From an uncultured Candidatus Melainabacteria bacterium (lineage in GTDB: Bacteria > Cyanobacteriota > Vampirovibrionia > Gastranaerophilales > Gastranaerophilaceae): a DNA stretch of 64,000 nucleotides. Shown here piece by piece: positions 17,432 to 26,067 of the stretch. The position numbers and the translations under genes are program-made. The stretch spans positions 41,764 to 105,763 of the forward strand of contig CAKVIG010000004.1 in NCBI GenBank assembly GCA_934754515.1, in the 5' to 3' direction. The notes under the pieces are model-generated. The model had not been told where the DNA came from. It saw only the letters and a program-made list of their open reading frames with translations, and made no database searches. The stretch's first letter is position 1; every line of letters starts with the position of its first letter.

Positions 17432-18766
17432 ATGACAAAATTTAAAATACACTCGGAGGATTATTTCTTGTTCTATTTATCACTTTTGTTTGCGCGCATG
17501 GCATATTTTGCTTTACATACAACAGGACTTTCAGCAGGAACTTCAATTATCGGCAAGTTTGTGCTTAAACTTGACCCGAATTTTCTCAGTGAGTGCAATA
17601 AATATATAGATACAAAAATTAACGTAACGGGAACAAATGGTAAAACTACAACCGCAGGCTTGATTTCGCACCTAATTGAAGGTTCAGGTAAAAGCGTAGT
17701 CAATAACGCAATGGGTGCAAATATGCTAACGGGTGTTGTGAACGCACTTTCAGTTTCTCTCAATCCTTTTAAGAAAACCGATTTTTCTGTGATTGAATCT
17801 GACGAAGCGTATTTATCAAAAATCTATGACAAATTTGATGCGGATTATTTGCTTGTAACAAACTTGTTCCGCGACCAACTTGACCGCTACGGCGAATTGG
17901 AAACTACAAAACGACTTATTCAAGACGGTATCAATAAGAAACCAAATCTCAAACTTGTATTAAACGCTGATGACCCGCTTGTTGCAAGTTTTGAAGGCGA
18001 AAATAAAATTTTCTACGGAGTTGAGAATGTTTATTACGCTGATGAAAGCTTGAAAGCTGATACTTCAACGGAAGAAACCTTCAGTTGTCCTTGCGGTAAG
18101 CCTTTAATGTATTCAAAGAAATTCTATGCCCAACAGGGACATTATTTCTGCACTTGCGGTTACAAGCGACCTGAGCCTAAATATAAGGCTGAAATTTCTT
18201 TGTATAAAGAATATTCTGTGATAAAAGTTAATGATGAAAACTTTGAAGTTCCGCTTGTCGGCTTATTTAATGCCTATAATGCACTTGGTGCAATCGCTTT
18301 ATGCAAAGAATTGGGAATTAAAAACATTATTGACACCTTGCCAACATTCAAGGTTGCGTTTGGAAGAAGTGAAGTTAAGTATTTAAACGGCAAACACACG
18401 CTTATTCAACTTATCAAAAACCCGATTGGTGCAAACGAAGTTTTGAAAACTGTTGATAAAGACTCAAATATTTTGATTGTTATTAATGATAATTATGCAG
18501 ATGGACGTGATGTTTCTTGGCTTTGGGATGCAGAATTCGAGTTTCTTAAGAACGCAAAACATGAAATTGTTGTTTCAGGAATAAGAGCGAACGACATGGC
18601 ACTAAGACTTAAATATGCAGGCGTTGAAAAGATTAAAATTATTAATGATATAGCACAGGCGGTTGAGTATGTGGGCAAAAATGCAGTTAATAACATTACG
18701 ATTATGCCAACATACACTGCGCTACTACAAATTAACAAGATGAAAAATTTAAAAAAGAAATTATAA
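17432..18766 (+). CDS. murT: Mur ligase family protein, MurT type (lipid II isoglutaminyl synthase subunit)
   Basis: 444 aa with P-loop GTNGKTTT, a Cys4 ribbon (CPCG...CTCG) and the C-terminal DGRDVSWLWDAEFE block (DUF1727). Confidence 0.8.
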   Translation: MTKFKIHSEDYFLFYLSLLFARMAYFALHTTGLSAGTSIIGKFVLKLDPNFLSECNKYIDTKINVTGTNGKTTTAGLISHLIEGSGKSVVNNAMGANMLTGVVNALSVSLNPFKKTDFSVIESDEAYLSKIYDKFDADYLLVTNLFRDQLDRYGELETTKRLIQDGINKKPNLKLVLNADDPLVASFEGENKIFYGVENVYYADESLKADTSTEETFSCPCGKPLMYSKKFYAQQGHYFCTCGYKRPEPKYKAEISLYKEYSVIKVNDENFEVPLVGLFNAYNALGAIALCKELGIKNIIDTLPTFKVAFGRSEVKYLNGKHTLIQLIKNPIGANEVLKTVDKDSNILIVINDNYADGRDVSWLWDAEFEFLKNAKHEIVVSGIRANDMALRLKYAGVEKIKIINDIAQAVEYVGKNAVNNITIMPTYTALLQINKMKNLKKKL

Positions 18767-18801
18767 GTTGATTTAGCGTACCAAATTGTTATAATTGAAT
18801 T

Positions 18802-19911
18802 ATGGACGGATTCAGTATTGGAAAAATTTTAGCAGGGTTAAGAAACCCCGAAATATACCTTAAAAAGCTTAAACAGCAAGGTGAAATCGGTACAAATACA
18901 GGCTTTAATAATTCTTTAACTCAACCTAAGCCTAATATTTCTCAAACGGTTTCTTCAACTATCGGCTTGATGCAGCAATTACAAATGAATCAAATTGCAA
19001 GCATGGACAGGTCTATTTATATTAAAAATCTACTTGGTCTACCACAAACTTTGGGTGAAATTTTACTTGCTGTTCAAGATAAAAACCGACCTATAAATAC
19101 AATTAATACAAATACTCTGTTGTTGAACGATTTGAATGAAGAACTTTTGAAAAATCAAAAAATGATTTCTCAACTGTTTGATGATACGTCTGAAATTCCT
19201 CTAAATGCGACTTCGCAAAACATTCAAACTCAAATTGCATCAAGCCAAAAAGATGCAGTAATGTTATTCTTTAGTGGAATGGTTCAAATGCCTGCAATTT
19301 CTGAAATGATTTTAAAAAACAGCAAACAGGCAGTTGCAAACCTAATAATTGCAATGGCTTCCGCTTCAAAAGGCGGAATGTCAAATGAACAAATTACTGA
19401 AACTTTGAGCATAATAAATTCTTGTGTTTCAATGGCAAGTTCTGATAATCCGACTCAAACGCTAAAAAGTTTAATGCTTTTATACCTGCCTTGGTTGCCT
19501 TTAAATGAAGGCGTAGGTTTTGATTTGGAGGTTGAAGCACCTGACGGTGAAAATGAGTCAAACAACTCTAAACTAACGGTACTTATTCAAACCAAAAATT
19601 ATGGCAATGTCAAAGGCGTCTTCACCCTAACAACATCAAATTCGGTTGATATTTATATTTTGTGTTCGGAAGATTTTCCTAAAAAAACTCTCCAAAAGAG
19701 CCTGATGGAAGAAAGTTCAGCGCACGCAATGAACACAACAATTGATGTTGAATCGGTTGAGCCTATAAAAAAAGAAACTTTTGAAAAACCGGAAGCAAAA
19801 GTCAATCTTTCTGCAACAAATGAAATGAATCCTTATTTACTTTTAATGGCACATGCATTTATTAGAAATACTATTTTTATTGACTCTAACAGTGTTAAAG
19901 AAGTAGCTTAA
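18802..19911 (+). CDS. hypothetical protein (weak FliK C-terminal-like segment)
   Basis: 369 aa. The segment KLTVLIQTKNYGNVKGVFTLTTSNSVDIYILCSEDFPKKTLQKSL loosely resembles hook-length-control domains. It is not a GatD amidotransferase. Confidence 0.55.
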   Translation: MDGFSIGKILAGLRNPEIYLKKLKQQGEIGTNTGFNNSLTQPKPNISQTVSSTIGLMQQLQMNQIASMDRSIYIKNLLGLPQTLGEILLAVQDKNRPINTINTNTLLLNDLNEELLKNQKMISQLFDDTSEIPLNATSQNIQTQIASSQKDAVMLFFSGMVQMPAISEMILKNSKQAVANLIIAMASASKGGMSNEQITETLSIINSCVSMASSDNPTQTLKSLMLLYLPWLPLNEGVGFDLEVEAPDGENESNNSKLTVLIQTKNYGNVKGVFTLTTSNSVDIYILCSEDFPKKTLQKSLMEESSAHAMNTTIDVESVEPIKKETFEKPEAKVNLSATNEMNPYLLLMAHAFIRNTIFIDSNSVKEVA

Positions 19912-19968
19912 ATATTTGAGCTAAATTTACATCCAACAAACCCTAACTGTAGAAAGGGGTAAAAATAA

Positions 19969-20040
19969 AAACCCACCCACACCTGTAAAGCTCGGCACAA
20001 CCTCGCAAACAGTTGCGACCTCCATAATCATGGAGGTTGC
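19969..20040. repeat. ~65-nt two-hairpin dispersed element (copy 2, divergent)
   Basis: ACCCACCCACACCTGTAAAGCTCGGCACAACCTCGCAAACAGTTGCGACCTCCATAATCATGGAGG. Both stems are kept through compensatory changes. Confidence 0.75.
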
Positions 20041-20081
20041 TAACGCAAGTTCGTTTGAAAATAATATTCTATGCACACAAA

Positions 20082-21137
20082 CTAACTCTTGTAAGGAATT
20101 CTTTTTGCCAACTGAGCTGATAGCATCAACGCTTTTTCTGCAAAAATCAACGGCAACTTATTAACATCACCATTAATAGACACCATAGCTCTATTATATG
20201 CAAGTCTTTCGCTTACTCCTGCTACAACCAAGTTTTCAATAGTATTCGCGAATCTATCATACACTTGGTCAATTGTTAAAGATTTTACAAGAGCCTCTGT
20301 CATAACCGGAACTATTCCCCAGTTAATTCGTCCTCCTCCGGCCAGATAATCATTGATTTTCTCTGCAATAATGGTTAAATTGTTCGGATTGTTATACGCA
20401 TCAAAAGATATTATATCCGCACCTGCTTCAATCGGGATTTGCCAATCACATTTTTCAAAACATTGAATACCAACAAGTCCATGATATTCTTTAATCTTTT
20501 GAATAATCTTAGCAAACATATTTACAATCACATCTTTTGTAATTTCTTCATTATTACGTTTTACATCACCGATTTTATATAATAATGGTTCTTCTAAAAT
20601 AATAATCGGCGTTGTTTCAGGAGATACTGCTTTGATTTCACTTATCAACCAAAGAGCTTTCGCAGAAAGTGATTGAATAATAAACTTTCTAAACATTTTA
20701 TCAGCCAGAATCTGCGCGCCTGATTTGTAATTTAAAGTTTGTGACATACTGAATGGTCCAAGCAAATTCACTACGGTTTCAGCAGGTTTAATACGCTCCA
20801 ATATTTGCAAATACTTATGAATAAAAGCAGTATCAATCTGAAACAGTTCCAATTTCTCCGCAGTTGGCTCATTATAAACAGAATCCAAATATAAACTGAT
20901 TTGTTTAAAATTCTCAATATTGCTTGTCAAAAAATATCTTTTTTCTTTTAATCCAACACCTGGCATGTGACCTAATGTCACATCAACAATATTATCTTGA
21001 GCCGAAAGATTTGGCAGCAAAGGAAGATAAGGAGAATGTTCAAACAATTTCAACATCATCTTTATCGCTAAAGAATTGTCTTCATAAGGAAGACTTCCCG
21101 TTGGTAAGCATTTTAATAAAAATTTTGGATTTGCCAT
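20082..21137 (-). CDS. hypothetical protein (possibly MetE/URO-D-like TIM barrel)
   Basis: 351-aa ORF. The N-terminal LPTGSLPY loosely recalls the GSFPR motif of cobalamin-independent methyltransferase-like proteins. Not firmly recognised. Confidence 0.5.
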   Translation of the reverse strand: MANPKFLLKCLPTGSLPYEDNSLAIKMMLKLFEHSPYLPLLPNLSAQDNIVDVTLGHMPGVGLKEKRYFLTSNIENFKQISLYLDSVYNEPTAEKLELFQIDTAFIHKYLQILERIKPAETVVNLLGPFSMSQTLNYKSGAQILADKMFRKFIIQSLSAKALWLISEIKAVSPETTPIIILEEPLLYKIGDVKRNNEEITKDVIVNMFAKIIQKIKEYHGLVGIQCFEKCDWQIPIEAGADIISFDAYNNPNNLTIIAEKINDYLAGGGRINWGIVPVMTEALVKSLTIDQVYDRFANTIENLVVAGVSERLAYNRAMVSINGDVNKLPLIFAEKALMLSAQLAKRIPYKS

Positions 21138-21208
21138 CTATAAAACTCTCTTTATTAAAAAACGTGCCAATAAGCTTTATTGGCACGTTCTTATAACATT
21201 CATTTAAA

Positions 21209-21703
21209 CTATGCTTCAGCTTCTTCTGTTTCTTCTACAGATTCTTTAACAACTTCTGAAGCTGTTACAACAACTTTTAATTCAGTTTTAACTTTTGAAG
21301 TTAATTTGATTAACATTGTAAATTCACCAATTCTGTTGATTGGAGCATTCAATGAAACAGTTTTTCTATCAACTTCAATACCGGCTTTTTCTTTTAATTC
21401 TTCGCACAATTTCTTAGTTGTAATTGTACCGAACAATTTACCGCTTTCACCAGCTTTAGCTGACAATTCGATAGAACCAAGTTTTTCAATTTGTTCAGCC
21501 TTAGCCAAAGCTTCTTGGTGTAATTTTTCTTGTTTAGCTTGAAGTCTTGCTAAATTTTGTTCTCTGTTTTTCAAAGCACCTTCAGTAGCTACTTCTGCAT
21601 AGTTTTTAGGAATTAGGAAGTTTCTGGCATAACCGTCTTTAACGTTTACTAAATCGCCAGCTTCACCAATGTTTTGAACTTCTTTTTTCAATATTACTTG
21701 CAT
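21209..21703 (-). CDS. rplI: 50S ribosomal protein L9
   Basis: N-terminus MQVILKKEVQNIGEAGDLVNVKDGYARNFLIPKNYA, with an acidic C-terminal extension. Confidence 0.95.
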   Translation of the reverse strand: MQVILKKEVQNIGEAGDLVNVKDGYARNFLIPKNYAEVATEGALKNREQNLARLQAKQEKLHQEALAKAEQIEKLGSIELSAKAGESGKLFGTITTKKLCEELKEKAGIEVDRKTVSLNAPINRIGEFTMLIKLTSKVKTELKVVVTASEVVKESVEETEEAEA

Positions 21704-21851
21704 TTCTTTTTCTCCTTTAATAATTATTGGGCTAGTATAAATTTATACTACCTGAAAAAAGATTAAATGTCGAGTCCCCATGATTTTACGCTTAAAATAA
21801 GTTCACAGAACAAGTTTTTACACAACCTTAAATTTGTTCTATAATCATTTT

Positions 21852-22385
21852 ATGGATATTTTTGTAATTGAAATAGTTGATGCAGATAATGTGCATAAGG
21901 AATTATTAAAAGAGTTTCAGAAAAAAGATATTTCTAACCCTAAAAAATGGAATGAGCACTGTCTTTCCTATTTGATGGTTGATAGAATTCTTAGAGATTT
22001 TTATCAAATTGAAAACCGTGAAATAGTTTTTAATGGCAACAAACCATTTCTAAAAACAAGAGAAAAGTTTTTTAGCATAAGTCACAGCAACGATTTTATA
22101 GCTTTAGCATTTTCAGATTATGATTGCGGTATTGATATAGAAAAAATAAAACTTAGAGAATTTGAAAGTATATCAAAACGCATGGGATTTAAATGCGAAA
22201 CATTAGAAGATTTTTATAATGAGTGGACAAAATATGAAGCCGAGTATAAACTTGGAAAACCTGCTCAGAAATTCAAAAAAATTCGATTGGAAGATTATGT
22301 ACTAACGGCTTCTAGCGTGAATGTTCTAGAAGAATTTGAAATTTATATTCAAAACGGAGAAGTTTTTCCTAACCAGAATGGTTGA
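21852..22385 (+). CDS. 4'-phosphopantetheinyl transferase
   Basis: PPTase motifs ISHSNDF and GIDIEKI. I set the start at the first ATG; the track start is TTG 18 nt upstream. Confidence 0.7.
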   Translation: MDIFVIEIVDADNVHKELLKEFQKKDISNPKKWNEHCLSYLMVDRILRDFYQIENREIVFNGNKPFLKTREKFFSISHSNDFIALAFSDYDCGIDIEKIKLREFESISKRMGFKCETLEDFYNEWTKYEAEYKLGKPAQKFKKIRLEDYVLTASSVNVLEEFEIYIQNGEVFPNQNG

Positions 22386-22436
22386 TTTTAGGGCATTTTG
22401 TATAAAGTTCGTTTATTTTTTGTCGATGAGAATATT

Positions 22437-22554
22437 AATAACACCCTCTCCTGCCTTCGGCACCCTCCCCGAGGGGAGGGGACTAAAGACGCTCAACTGA
22501 CGCAATCCACTCCCTCCCTTGGGGGAGGGTGCCGAAGGCGGGAGAGGGTGTTAT
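22437..22554. repeat. GC-rich nested palindromic element (AATAACACCCTCTCC termini)
   Basis: ~32-bp outer arms AATAACACCCTCTCCTGCCTTCGGCACCCTCCC / GGGAGGGTGCCGAAGGCGGGAGAGGGTGTTAT, with inner hairpins. Confidence 0.85.
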
Positions 22555-22592
22555 AAAAACTAAACCAACACTAAATCAAAAGCGAGGTACTC

Positions 22593-22760
22593 ATGGCAAG
22601 AATTATCAACTCCGGCGAACGCCGAATTATCAAAATGTCAGTGGACGACATTATTTCTGTGGTACAGGATTACCAAAGGATTGTACCACGCTTTTCAACG
22701 GCAGAAGACGCTCGAAACTATCTGAGCGACACAGTAGTCTACATTCCGGAAGATATTTAG
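22593..22760 (+). CDS. small hypothetical protein (55 aa, not in ORF track)
   Basis: GAGG sits 6 nt before the ATG. Translation: MARIINSGERRIIKMSVDDIISVVQDYQRIVPRFSTAEDARNYLSDTVVYIPEDI. The sequence is non-repetitive, and the track ORF in another frame starts inside the repeat. Confidence 0.45.
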   Translation: MARIINSGERRIIKMSVDDIISVVQDYQRIVPRFSTAEDARNYLSDTVVYIPEDI

Positions 22761-24418
22761 TAATATTCGGATGTTGACATGTCATTAAGAGCATTTTTAG
22801 CTTCTTCAAAAGAAGGGTCCTGCTCAAGAATTTCTATATAAAGTTCTTTAGCCTTATCTTTATTATTATTTTCGTAAAGCAAAGCCAAGTTGTATTTAGC
22901 CTCGATTAAATCGGGGTTATACAACAGGGCTTGTTTAAAAGCTTCTTCTGCTTTTTTAATATCATGTTGAGAAGCATACATTAAACCAACTCTATACAAA
23001 CCTGTCGGATTTTTATCATCAAAATTCAACAAATCAGTTAAAGCCTTTTTTTCCTCGAAAAAGTTACCCAGCTGATGATGTGCTTCTGCCAACAGCAGTA
23101 AATACTTTGCTTTAAATTGATTTTGCTTATCATATTCTAATGCTTTATTAATTGATTCAATACAGTTTGCATACTCTTTTTTTGCAAAATAATTTTTTGC
23201 ACCATTAAAATATATTTCTGAATTCAAAGCATTGTATTGAGTCGCATTTTTTAACAATTCAAAAGACTCATCAAGTTTATTCTGCTCTGACATATCAATT
23301 GCCCAAGCAATATATAATTCACATAGTAATAAATTTACAGTCTTTGCTTCTCTTGGTGTTGCTTTATCCAAAAGCAAGTTATACTTTTCCAATGCTTTTT
23401 GATAATTCTTCACTTGCAAATAAGCATCTGCCAATTCTAGGGTTACATCAAAACCATTTTGCGACATCATTGCCAAATCTTCTAAAATTACGATACCGTC
23501 CACAACTTTATTAAGTTTTATGTTAAAGGCTGCTATATCATTTCTAACTTTGAATTTATCAGAGCCTTGAATATCTAGCAATTTTTCAGAATATTCTATC
23601 GCCTTTTCATATTCTTCAGTTTCAACACTTAATGTAACTAAAGTTTCGTATATCCATAGAAGAGTTTTTGCATCCGTTACAAAAGTCAGCATAAACAACA
23701 ATGTTTCTTTAGCTACAGGATAATTTTTTATTTTAATATACAACTCTGCAAGTTTTCTATTTGTTGCAACATCATTCGGATAAATTCCTAATCGCGTTTT
23801 GTACGCTTCGAAAGCAGCAGGATAATCATGAGCTTCTTCATTCAACTCTGCTAATATTGACTGAACGTCCGCAATATCTTCGTCCAATTCCATCAGATCT
23901 GACAATACTTCATAAGCACCGATTGCAGAAAATAACTGGTCAGCGTCTCTATACAGTTCTGCCAATGTCCTAACAACATCTTTGTCATTTTTCTTATTTT
24001 CAAAAAGAAATTCATACTCCTTAATCGCCTTTTGAGTCATTTGTTTCTTTATATAACAATCAGCCAGAACTTGTCTTGTTTCTATGCTGTTCGGTCTTTT
24101 TTTCAATATAATGGAGCACTGCTTAATCGCTTGATTATATTTTCTATCTTCGTAATAAGCTTTTGCCAAATAAATTCTTACTTCTACATGCCCCGGCACT
24201 CTATCCAAATATTTTGTTGCTAACAGTTGTGCAAGAGCGTATTCTTTTTTATCGTAAAGAGCACCTACCTGTTCTAAAACATTCTTGGTTGAAAGTTGAA
24301 GGTCATCCCCCTTTTGAGAACCGCCACCTTGAAATAAAATTATTGAATACAAAATATAAATTGCTGCAACCGCAACAACAAACGCAACTACGATTATAAT
24401 TATATTTGTATCTGCCAT
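22757..24418 (-). CDS. TPR-repeat protein with N-terminal membrane anchor
   Basis: About 550 aa. TM helix IIIIVVAFVVAVAAIYILYSIILF followed by many TPR-like A-x-x-Y/L repeats. Start placed at the ATG; the track uses GTG 9 nt upstream. Confidence 0.8.
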   Translation of the reverse strand: MADTNIIIIVVAFVVAVAAIYILYSIILFQGGGSQKGDDLQLSTKNVLEQVGALYDKKEYALAQLLATKYLDRVPGHVEVRIYLAKAYYEDRKYNQAIKQCSIILKKRPNSIETRQVLADCYIKKQMTQKAIKEYEFLFENKKNDKDVVRTLAELYRDADQLFSAIGAYEVLSDLMELDEDIADVQSILAELNEEAHDYPAAFEAYKTRLGIYPNDVATNRKLAELYIKIKNYPVAKETLLFMLTFVTDAKTLLWIYETLVTLSVETEEYEKAIEYSEKLLDIQGSDKFKVRNDIAAFNIKLNKVVDGIVILEDLAMMSQNGFDVTLELADAYLQVKNYQKALEKYNLLLDKATPREAKTVNLLLCELYIAWAIDMSEQNKLDESFELLKNATQYNALNSEIYFNGAKNYFAKKEYANCIESINKALEYDKQNQFKAKYLLLLAEAHHQLGNFFEEKKALTDLLNFDDKNPTGLYRVGLMYASQHDIKKAEEAFKQALLYNPDLIEAKYNLALLYENNNKDKAKELYIEILEQDPSFEEAKNALNDMSTSEYY

Positions 24419-24519
24419 TTCTCTCACTTCTTTAAAACTGTAATATCATTATACATGATAGTTAAGAAAAGTAAAAGTTTTTGTTTACTTTTACTTATTT
24501 TTTATTAAATAATATAGGT

Positions 24520-25122
24520 ATGAAGAAAGCTTTTTTAATATCATTAATTTCATTATTAATTATATCTCCGGCAGTAATTGCCGAAAGTTGGGATGATTTT
24601 TCAGATTTGGACAGAGCTTGGGATGGACAAAAGTCTATCACTAATAAAGAATTTGAAGATGCAATCAATACACTTGAAGGAAAGCAAAAACAGAAAGAAG
24701 AAAAACAGCAAAAAAGAAAAGCTAAAAAAATAAGTGGCGGAGGCACAAGTTTGCATTCAGAACTTGCGCCTGGGGCTGAAATTCAAGGATTGACACCTTT
24801 AAAAAACAAAAATGACGAGGGTTTGCTTTTAAATGTGCCGGTTAATCTTATCATCGATGAAACTCCGCTTGATAAAGGTTACTATAAAGTTATTGCAGAA
24901 CGCGATAAAAGTAATGATATTTATTTGTCTTTTTATCAATCACAATATTTCAAGGGAAAAGTTCGCGCTTGTGAAACAAATGACGATTATGAAAGTGAAG
25001 ATTTGGATTTTGTAAAATTAATCCCTTATAATAAGAATTTTGTAAAAATTATATTTGGCTCGTTAGATTTTAATGCGTATGCATATATTAGATATGGCGC
25101 AGAAGAAGCAGGAGAAAATTAA
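24520..25122 (+). CDS. secreted hypothetical protein
   Basis: Signal peptide MKKAFLISLISLLIISPAVIAES. The track start is TTG 39 nt upstream. The C-terminal block with GYYKVIAER resembles ORF 53347. Confidence 0.65.
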   Translation: MKKAFLISLISLLIISPAVIAESWDDFSDLDRAWDGQKSITNKEFEDAINTLEGKQKQKEEKQQKRKAKKISGGGTSLHSELAPGAEIQGLTPLKNKNDEGLLLNVPVNLIIDETPLDKGYYKVIAERDKSNDIYLSFYQSQYFKGKVRACETNDDYESEDLDFVKLIPYNKNFVKIIFGSLDFNAYAYIRYGAEEAGEN

Positions 25123-25132
25123 AAAAATTAAT

Positions 25133-25149
25133 GGTGCAAAAATTGCATT
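25133..25149. terminator. degenerate copy of GGTGCAAAAATTGCA hairpin
   Basis: GGTGCAAAAATTGCATTC directly after the stop of the preceding gene. Confidence 0.4.
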
Positions 25150-25395
25150 CTATCTCTTTTTAATAGAAAACTGAAAGGGAAAAAGGAGAAATTGTTTTAA
25201 ATATTTCGGTATCATACAAACTAATTGCAATATTACAAAAATATGGTATGATTAAATTAGATTAATATGCGAGAGTCCATTTATAATGTTATTAAGCATT
25301 TTACTGGAATAGTATAAATATAGGATTTAAATTATTATTCGCTTTGATATAGTTTAAACTAGAGAGCAATTTAATAGTTAGAAGTAATAGTAAAT

Positions 25396-26067
25396 ATGCA
25401 AAAATATTTAAGAAGAAGAAAAGAACAAAAACGAGATTTAACAAACTTAACTGCTGATGAACTAATTGCAATGACCTTTAAACACTGCAATAACAAAAAA
25501 GTTCTTGTATCAATCTTGTCTTTGTTTATAGTTTTACCGATTCTATTAGGCGGTATTGTTATCAAAAATATTCATTCATCCGGTCAAGATTTGGAAGATG
25601 CAGATTTGGTATCTTTAGCTTCTGCGCCAATTACAGCGACTGCAGCTAAGAAGAATTTAATATCAATTCCAACTGGAACGGTAAAAGCTAATCCTTTCTT
25701 ACCATATAGAGAAATTAATAAAGGTTCTTCTGTAAGTGATGTTCCGACTTACGATTTAGTCGCACCACCGGAAGTTATTAATAAAAACTCTGATGCAGCA
25801 AGAGTTATGGATACAATTGTTTCAGGTATTTTGTATGACAAATTCAGTCCGTCTGCAATATTGAACATTGAAGGCAATGATTACCTTGTAAAAAAAGGGG
25901 ATGTTGTAAATAAATATAAAGTTTTAAATATTACACAAAACAGTGTTACCGTAAAATTGGGCAATAACACTTATAATGCCGGTATTGGCGAAATCTTAAC
26001 TGAAGGGTCTGTAAACTATAATGACGTTTCAAATTTGAGTAAAAAATTCGGAGGGGAAAGACGATGA
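25396..26067 (+). CDS. pilus assembly protein (PilP-like C-terminal domain)
   Basis: 223 aa with one TM helix. The C-terminal beta domain (VSGILYDKFSPSAILNIEGNDYLVKKGDVVNKYKVLNITQNSVTVKLG) is typical of PilP-like proteins. Its stop overlaps the pilQ start. Confidence 0.6.
   Translation: MQKYLRRRKEQKRDLTNLTADELIAMTFKHCNNKKVLVSILSLFIVLPILLGGIVIKNIHSSGQDLEDADLVSLASAPITATAAKKNLISIPTGTVKANPFLPYREINKGSSVSDVPTYDLVAPPEVINKNSDAARVMDTIVSGILYDKFSPSAILNIEGNDYLVKKGDVVNKYKVLNITQNSVTVKLGNNTYNAGIGEILTEGSVNYNDVSNLSKKFGGERR

Noticed and set aside
17547-17574. Sigma-28-like motif (TCAAGTTT-N12-GCCGATAA) on the minus strand inside murT, pointing at the 17016-17387 gene.
   Set aside because: The spacer is 12 rather than 11 nt and the -35 box is imperfect. 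It lies within conserved murT coding sequence (IIGKFVLKLDP), so it is probably coincidental.
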